Assembly: GCA_048884785.1 (NCBI GenBank)
Contig: JBHLQM010000001.1
Coordinates: 1-64,000, forward strand
Source of the DNA: Candidatus Thorarchaeota archaeon
GTDB taxonomy: Archaea > Asgardarchaeota > Thorarchaeia > Thorarchaeales > Thorarchaeaceae
Reading direction: 5' to 3'
DNA: 64,000 nucleotides
Shown here in pieces: positions 58,362 through 64,000 of this stretch; the first letter of the stretch is position 1, and every line of letters starts with the position of its first letter. The position numbers were made by a program, and so were the translations under genes. The notes beneath the pieces were generated by a model that did not search any database, was not told the origin of the DNA, and worked only from the letters and a program-made list of their open reading frames with translations.

Positions 58362-59600
58362 TCACTCTCTTAGGTAGACATATGAGAAGAAGTCCTCGAT
58401 GATCTCGGCATGGTCTCCGGGTATAATCACGTGATGATTAGCCAATGATTCATCCAAGAAATACGACACATCTTCATCAAGATTTACACGAATCTGAGTT
58501 CTACAGCACTCTTCCTCCCTCAGATTCTCTTCAATGGTGCCACCTGAAACCCAATAATCGAGTAGCTCATCACCAAATACCTTGAATACAGTGACTCGCT
58601 CTTTTTCAAAGCTACCTCTGATGCCAACACTCTTTCCTGTTTCAAAATGCGTTGTTATCTCATAATTCTTGACCAGAGATGTAGCCACAGTACAATGGGC
58701 AAAGACAGCCGCATTATTCTCCAAATCCACATCAATCACATTGGCCATGAAGCTTGGACTTCCGGTCAGAATTCTCGCAAGAAGCATAGTGAAAGTCGTG
58801 GGAATATCTCCTTCGCAACCTGCAGTCTGTCCTGGTTGATTATTCACATGAGAGAGCGCAAGACATCCACTTACTTCTGTTTCAACCAGATAATCAAAGC
58901 ATTGCAGAGTAACGGCTCGTAGATGATGTTCTTGAATAAAATCATTGAGAACTGCCGCAACTCTTGATGCCTTCTCGATTTCTGTTGCAGGAATCTCTAT
59001 TTTGGAGGACCCTGCTTTGAACTCACTTTCTATAGAATTTGCAGTGGTTATTGTTGCTTCAGTTTTAAGGACAGAAAGGTCGAATTTCTCAAATGCTACG
59101 CCCCATCGATTGGTTGCCTTTTCAAAATCAATATCTGAAGCAATCAACCAGAAGGAGGGTTTCCCAATGAGGCCTATTCTGCTCTTTCTTAGCATTTCTA
59201 GATGCTCAGAGAATTCAACCCACCGTCTGAGCTTCATCACTAGCCCGTCTAAAGGAAGATGAATCAACGCCGCTGGAAATCCATTTTTATCCAAGTAGGC
59301 TCTGATTTCCATCGATGCAGGGAGAGAGTTATTGGATGGGTGACTCATGATTATAATGGGAGACCTTAGGTCATTCTCTCGGATGAAATCTGCAACTTTA
59401 TTCTCGGTACCACCAGTTCCTACAAAGATGATATTTTGTTGTGTAAGAAGATCAGCTTCTCGTTTTTTCGTCCCCATGAAATCATCTGGTTTAATTACTC
59501 TAGCTCCTGATTCGAGCAAATATCGTGAATGAGTATCTATGAGGCAGGGGCTGGCAATACTGGAGAAGAATGGAATAATATTGATGGGCATAATTTTCAA
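58362..59600 (-). CDS. L-fucose/L-arabinose isomerase-superfamily protein
   Basis: TLQCF, GCLALS, GCEGD, AHCT, CRTQ and ANHH metal-ligand motifs. Confidence 0.82.
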   Translation of the reverse strand: MKIMPINIIPFFSSIASPCLIDTHSRYLLESGARVIKPDDFMGTKKREADLLTQQNIIFVGTGGTENKVADFIRENDLRSPIIIMSHPSNNSLPASMEIRAYLDKNGFPAALIHLPLDGLVMKLRRWVEFSEHLEMLRKSRIGLIGKPSFWLIASDIDFEKATNRWGVAFEKFDLSVLKTEATITTANSIESEFKAGSSKIEIPATEIEKASRVAAVLNDFIQEHHLRAVTLQCFDYLVETEVSGCLALSHVNNQPGQTAGCEGDIPTTFTMLLARILTGSPSFMANVIDVDLENNAAVFAHCTVATSLVKNYEITTHFETGKSVGIRGSFEKERVTVFKVFGDELLDYWVSGGTIEENLREEECCRTQIRVNLDEDVSYFLDESLANHHVIIPGDHAEIIEDFFSYVYLRE

Positions 59601-59688
59601 GATTTACACTAACGGCTATATCAGTTTGTATAGATGAAGTAAGAGAAGATATAACGCGGAATGCAAATACTATGCTCTGGGTGTTCTA

Positions 59689-60021
59689 ATGGCTAAGGAA
59701 CAGATTCTAGCAGAGCTTCGAAAGCTGGCGGAAAAGTTTGAAGACGAAAAAATAAAGCGTCGTTTCAAGGATTACAACAAGACACTCCAATTTGCATTTC
59801 CAGACATTGATGCACATATGTTTATGAAAATCGGAGATTCCGAGCTGCTTGAGATTGGTGAAGGGAAAGTGGATGCTGAATTGAGTGTCACGATGGATTC
59901 CACTGTATTTCTGGGGATTATTAGCAAGACTGAGAGTCCTATGGCGGCCTACTCTAGTGGAAGACTGAAGACAAAGGGAGAAGTTCCAGATTTGCTGAAA
60001 CTGCAGAAGCTAATGCTCTAG
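59689..60021 (+). CDS. SCP2 sterol-carrier domain protein
   Basis: AELSVTMDS.VFLGI......PMAAYSSGRLKTKGE...LLKLQ signature. Confidence 0.85.
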   Translation: MAKEQILAELRKLAEKFEDEKIKRRFKDYNKTLQFAFPDIDAHMFMKIGDSELLEIGEGKVDAELSVTMDSTVFLGIISKTESPMAAYSSGRLKTKGEVPDLLKLQKLML

Positions 60022-60047
60022 TGCCTTCTACGCGAGAGGTAATCACA

Positions 60048-61046
60048 TTGAAAGCCCTCATCACTGCTCCTCTAACTAATGGGGCAATAACTGAACTTGA
60101 AGCGTTGGGACTTGACGTAGATTATCGAAGTTGGCTAGAAACAGGCAAGCTGTATCTTGGTGATTCACTTCTCCCCTTAATTAAGGAGAGTGGAGCCGAG
60201 ATTGTTCTTGTTGAAGGTGATGAGGTCAAAGAAGAGGTCATTGAAAACTCGAATCTAAAATTCATTGGATGTGTCAGAGGCGGACCCAATAACGTTTCAA
60301 TTCCCTCAGCTACAAAAAGGAGGATCCCGGTGGTTTCAGTGCCCGGAAGAAATACGCTCGCAGTTGCTGAGTTGACCATTGGATTGATACTTAGTCAAGC
60401 TAGAAGACTTGGAGCGGCAGAACGATTCATCTCTAATGATTTCTTTGTGGATGATTTCAGTGATTTTGCTAGGATGTACAAACACACAATGGGTTTTGAA
60501 CTCCACGATAAGATAGCTGGAATAATAGGACTGGGTGCAATAGGGTATGAAGTAGCAAAGAGACTCAAAGCTTTTGGGATGGAGATTCTTGCACATGATC
60601 CTTATGCAGACAATGAGAAAGCAGAGAGCCTGAAAGCTAAGCTCGTGAATCTCGATACCTTGCTTTCGGAATCAGATGTAGTTACGGTGCATTGTCCTGC
60701 CAATGATGAAACACGTGGAATGATAGGAAAACAACAATTCAGCAAGATGAAGAAAACAGCGATATTCATCAATACCGCGCGAGCTTCAATAACCGATGAA
60801 TACGCTCTATTAGATGCCCTTAAGGAAGGAAGAATTGCAGGTGCGGGGATTGACGTCTTTTCCATGGAACCGGTTGACTGTGATAACATCTTTTTGGGTC
60901 AGGAAAATGTAACAGTGACTCCCCATATTGGCGGAAATACCAAACAGACAATCGAGCGGCAATCACAATCTTTAGTGAATTCAGTTCGGATGTTCCTTAG
61001 AGGACAAGTACCGGAAAATATACTGAACCCAGAGGTTTTCGAATGA
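60048..61046 (+). CDS. D-isomer-specific 2-hydroxyacid dehydrogenase
   Basis: PGRNT.AVAE, GIIGLGAIG, INTAR, DVF..EP, TPHIGG. Start re-placed at TTG 60048 with GAGGT RBS. Confidence 0.92.
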   Translation: MKALITAPLTNGAITELEALGLDVDYRSWLETGKLYLGDSLLPLIKESGAEIVLVEGDEVKEEVIENSNLKFIGCVRGGPNNVSIPSATKRRIPVVSVPGRNTLAVAELTIGLILSQARRLGAAERFISNDFFVDDFSDFARMYKHTMGFELHDKIAGIIGLGAIGYEVAKRLKAFGMEILAHDPYADNEKAESLKAKLVNLDTLLSESDVVTVHCPANDETRGMIGKQQFSKMKKTAIFINTARASITDEYALLDALKEGRIAGAGIDVFSMEPVDCDNIFLGQENVTVTPHIGGNTKQTIERQSQSLVNSVRMFLRGQVPENILNPEVFE

Positions 61047-61058
61047 GAGGTGATATTG

Positions 61059-62558
61059 ATGGTTGTGGCAGCAATAGACGCAGGAACAACTGGAGTACGA
61101 TGTATGATTGTTGATAAAGCTGGCAAAACTATCGCCCTAAGTCGTCGATCATGGACCTATTCAACTCCTGAGTATTTCGAGGTAGCAAAGGAATTTGACC
61201 CAAAACACTTCTGGGACTTGGCTTGCACTGTTGTACGCGAGGCAATAGACATAGCTTCACACAAAGGTTCTATGGTGGAGGGAATCGCAACAACAAGTCA
61301 AAGACATGGTATGGTATTGCTGGATGAGTCTGGTATAGAACTTCATGGCGGGCCAAATATTGATGCAAGAGGATCTATGACACAATATGTCATTGAGGAT
61401 GAGATCGGAGAGGATTATCATGCGATTACTGGATGCTGGCCGCCAATGATGTTTGCTCCGACTAGAATCGCGTGGTTTGAAGAAGAAGAGCCTGAGATTT
61501 TTGAGAGCATAGCCCATGTCCTTCCGATCAGTGATTGGCTTACTTTTAGGCTCTCTGGTGAATATGTTACGGAGCCGGCATCTGCAAGCGCGACTGGATT
61601 TTATGACATCAAAAGAGATGAATGGAGTCAGAGAGTTCTAGATGCTCTGAATCTGGAAATGAGTATTCTCCCCAAGATATCCCAGTCCGGTCAAGTTGTT
61701 GGAGAAATCACAGAGCAGGCAAGCAAGGAATGTAATCTCCCAAAGGGAATTCCTGTTATTCAAGGAGGAACAGACACCCATTGCGCATTACTAGCCGCAC
61801 AAGTGGAACTGAGTGAAATTGGTATTATTGCAGGAAGCACTACTCCGGTAATGCTGGTTACAGAAGATAACATATGCGACGAGAAGATGCGTGTCTGGAC
61901 AGGAAGGCATGTTATTCCGACTCAATACACAATTGAAAGCAATGCCACTCTAACTGGGGCTTACCTGGAATGGATTGTCAATCTTCTCTGTGAAAGAGCG
62001 AAAAAGCCAGACCTTTGTAAAAAGAACACGTTTGGAAATCTTGAGAATCTGCTGAAGGATGTTCCGCCGGGCAGTGATGAAACTATGGTAGGGCTAGGAC
62101 CAAACATCATGGACAGTACAAAAATCACAAACATTCCTTTAGCAAGGATGATGTTTCCACAACCTGCACTTCCCTCTGTAAAGCCTCTTAACGCAAGCAC
62201 ACTGATACATGCTGTCTTGGAGAATATAGCATATTCAATACGAGGGAATTGTGAGCAGCTGAATGAAATGTCAGAAGTAAAGGGAATCAAAGCCATAGGG
62301 GGAATGACACGTTCTCATGTTTGGGTGCAGATGCTTGCCAATATTCTGGGGAAGGAGATAAGGACTCCAGTGCAATATGAGGGCAGTCTAGTGGGAGCGG
62401 CAATATGTGCATCAGTAGGCATCGGATGCTATTCTGATCTGGAAAAAGCCGGTGAATCTATGGTAAGGTGGAATGAAACATTCCTACCCGATGAACGCTC
62501 TAAAGACTACGAGTCTTATTATGCGAAATGGAAAGAAATGTGGTGCGAGGCGAGCTAA
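61059..62558 (+). CDS. FGGY-family carbohydrate kinase, LsrK-like
   Basis: DAGTTG.R, TSQRHG.VL...PNIDARG, GGTDT, AGST, LENIA, GG..RS..W.Q. GAGGTGA RBS. Confidence 0.9.
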   Translation: MVVAAIDAGTTGVRCMIVDKAGKTIALSRRSWTYSTPEYFEVAKEFDPKHFWDLACTVVREAIDIASHKGSMVEGIATTSQRHGMVLLDESGIELHGGPNIDARGSMTQYVIEDEIGEDYHAITGCWPPMMFAPTRIAWFEEEEPEIFESIAHVLPISDWLTFRLSGEYVTEPASASATGFYDIKRDEWSQRVLDALNLEMSILPKISQSGQVVGEITEQASKECNLPKGIPVIQGGTDTHCALLAAQVELSEIGIIAGSTTPVMLVTEDNICDEKMRVWTGRHVIPTQYTIESNATLTGAYLEWIVNLLCERAKKPDLCKKNTFGNLENLLKDVPPGSDETMVGLGPNIMDSTKITNIPLARMMFPQPALPSVKPLNASTLIHAVLENIAYSIRGNCEQLNEMSEVKGIKAIGGMTRSHVWVQMLANILGKEIRTPVQYEGSLVGAAICASVGIGCYSDLEKAGESMVRWNETFLPDERSKDYESYYAKWKEMWCEAS

Positions 62559-63194
62559 ATGTACGAAGAGGAGAAAACAGCTCTACTAGAAGTATGTAAA
62601 GATATGCTCAAACTTGGCATGGTTATTGGTTCCTCGGGCAATGCTAGCATTAGGGTTGATGACCACGTCGTCATCACTCCAAGTTCTGTGAAGTATATTA
62701 CAATGGAACCTGATGAGATGGTAGTCCTTAGTATGACTGGCGATACAATCGAAGGAGATAGAAATCCCAGCATTGAGAAATTCATGCATCTAGGAGTCTA
62801 TAACAATAGGGAGGATGCAAAGGCTATCGTACACTCACACAGTATTTACGCTTCATCACTAGCTGTTCTGAGAAAACCACTTCCACCGATCATTGATGAA
62901 GTGGTTCCAGCTCTTGGCGGTGAAATACGTGTAGCTGAATACGCAATGCCGGGTACTAAAGACCTAGCATCCAATGTTGTGCAAGCCTTGGAGGAAAGAA
63001 GTGCTGTCTTGTTGGCAAATCATGGTGCTTTAAGTATTGGAAAAGACATCCATGAGGCGCTTCACAAAATGGTTCTCTTTGAAAGAAGCTGTCAAATCTT
63101 TCTCATGGCTTTGCAGGCAGGAACCCCCATTGAACTGCCAGAGGATGTTGTTGAAGATGAGATGGATATTTGGGATATGATGAGATCCTACTGA
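62559..63194 (+). CDS. class II aldolase (L-fuculose-1-phosphate aldolase-like)
   Basis: GSSGNAS, ITPS, PSIE, HSHS and LANHG Zn-binding motifs. Confidence 0.9.
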   Translation: MYEEEKTALLEVCKDMLKLGMVIGSSGNASIRVDDHVVITPSSVKYITMEPDEMVVLSMTGDTIEGDRNPSIEKFMHLGVYNNREDAKAIVHSHSIYASSLAVLRKPLPPIIDEVVPALGGEIRVAEYAMPGTKDLASNVVQALEERSAVLLANHGALSIGKDIHEALHKMVLFERSCQIFLMALQAGTPIELPEDVVEDEMDIWDMMRSY

Positions 63195-63196
63195 AT

Positions 63197-63535
63197 CTAT
63201 GACTTCATTAAACTCTGGAGCTTCATCAGGTCCCTTGGAGATCCATCAGCTTTTAGCTTCCCACCCATGAAAGACCGCACTGCAGATAGGGATCCATCGA
63301 GTATACCTAGGATTGTTTTAGAATCAGTTACAATCTTCATGTCCGCCTTTTCAGGAGCTCCCTCTCTGACAGTTGCCTTTCCGCCGCTGAATTCGATTGT
63401 CAAATCGAGGCTCAAATCCTGATATGTCATCAGCATCGTCTTTTCAAAATCCTGAAACCTCTTCTGCATCTTGGGTTCCTCAACTCTGCTGACCATACGT
63501 TGGATAGCTTGCATAAGCTCCTCTTTGTCTGTAAT
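63197..63535 (-). CDS. SCP2 sterol-carrier domain protein, second copy
   Basis: ADMKIVTDSKTILGILDG.LSAVRSFMGGKLKADG...DLMKLQ; paralogous to 59689-60021. Start is ATG 63514 or ATT 63535. Confidence 0.85.
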   Translation of the reverse strand: MTDKEELMQAIQRMVSRVEEPKMQKRFQDFEKTMLMTYQDLSLDLTIEFSGGKATVREGAPEKADMKIVTDSKTILGILDGSLSAVRSFMGGKLKADGSPRDLMKLQSLMKS

Positions 63536-63652
63536 GATATTAGCCTCCTATGGGATGTTCTATTTCATCTACATAATGAAAAATCTGCCTAGTCAAAATG
63601 ACTATGTAAGAAATCATCTAAATCCTCCAAAAAATGAAAGGAGGATTTAGTT

Positions 63653-63928
63653 TTACACAACCGCTGATTCTGAACTCTTATTCATGCTTTCTATAACTTC
63701 AAGGATTTCAGGAGATACCTTGCCTCTATAGGCCTGGAGGATGCTGTGAGGCACACCCCGTTTATTCAGCTCGCGTTCGAGCCGTTTTATGCATACTGTA
63801 ACGTTTGCAAGGGCATTCTTGAGAGTCACTAGACTCACTCTGAGATCGTCATCAGAACATGTTGCCATGTTGTAAGGAACACAGCACTTGAAGGCCAATT
63901 TTCGGCCAAATTGCTCTTTCTCATTCAA
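63653..63928 (-). CDS. hypothetical small coiled-coil protein
   Basis: 91-aa ORF with a leucine-zipper-like stretch. Confidence 0.5.
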   Translation of the reverse strand: MNEKEQFGRKLAFKCCVPYNMATCSDDDLRVSLVTLKNALANVTVCIKRLERELNKRGVPHSILQAYRGKVSPEILEVIESMNKSSESAVV

Positions 63929-64000
63929 TCTTGATGCGCCTCTGGGTTCTTCGAGCCCGTGTATGATATCAGCAAATTATGTAATTAGCCTATTCTTTCA

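Noticed and set aside
1-64000. tRNA, rRNA, CRISPR arrays, IS or proviral genes
   Set aside because: By eye I found no T-loop/cloverleaf motifs, regularly spaced repeats, transposase or integrase ORFs. tRNAscan-SE, Infernal and a CRISPR finder would be needed to confirm absence.

Overview
Gene-dense archaeal chromosome segment, most likely an Asgard archaeon and plausibly Thorarchaeia. This is inferred from a Rab-like small GTPase, an archaea-specific Ski2-like helicase, a RecJ/Cdc45-like DHH protein, many TPR and Zn-ribbon proteins, and GAGGTG/GGAGG ribosome-binding sites with frequent TTG/GTG starts. I saw no rRNA, tRNA, CRISPR array or IS element. Main blocks: (i) assorted nuclease, helicase and transport genes (1-18 kb); (ii) Rab-like GTPase, HAD hydrolase, DHH/RecJ, Nudix and TPR genes (18-25 kb); (iii) a PRMT-like methyltransferase with purine phosphoribosyltransferase and MTA phosphorylase (25-28 kb); (iv) an uncalled 31-aa Asp/Trp-rich micro-peptide divergent from a basic Cas2/PaaX/ChrB-like protein (27.9-29.1 kb); (v) a surface phospholipase D-family protein, an uncalled ferredoxin and an amino acid permease; (vi) a uvrB-uvrA-uvrA-uvrC cluster with two intact, translationally coupled UvrA paralogues (35.8-45.5 kb); (vii) a 1203-aa membrane-anchored surface protein, MaoC dehydratase, M3 oligopeptidase and an uncalled 52-aa Zn ribbon; (viii) a sugar isomerase/dehydrogenase/LsrK-like kinase/class II aldolase module with two stand-alone SCP2 lipid-carrier genes (58.4-63.5 kb). 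Best candidates for undescribed systems: the acidic micro-peptide/basic protein pair, the SCP2-associated sugar pathway, the tandem UvrA pair and the PRMT-MTAP cluster. All family calls come from motif recognition by eye, not database searches.
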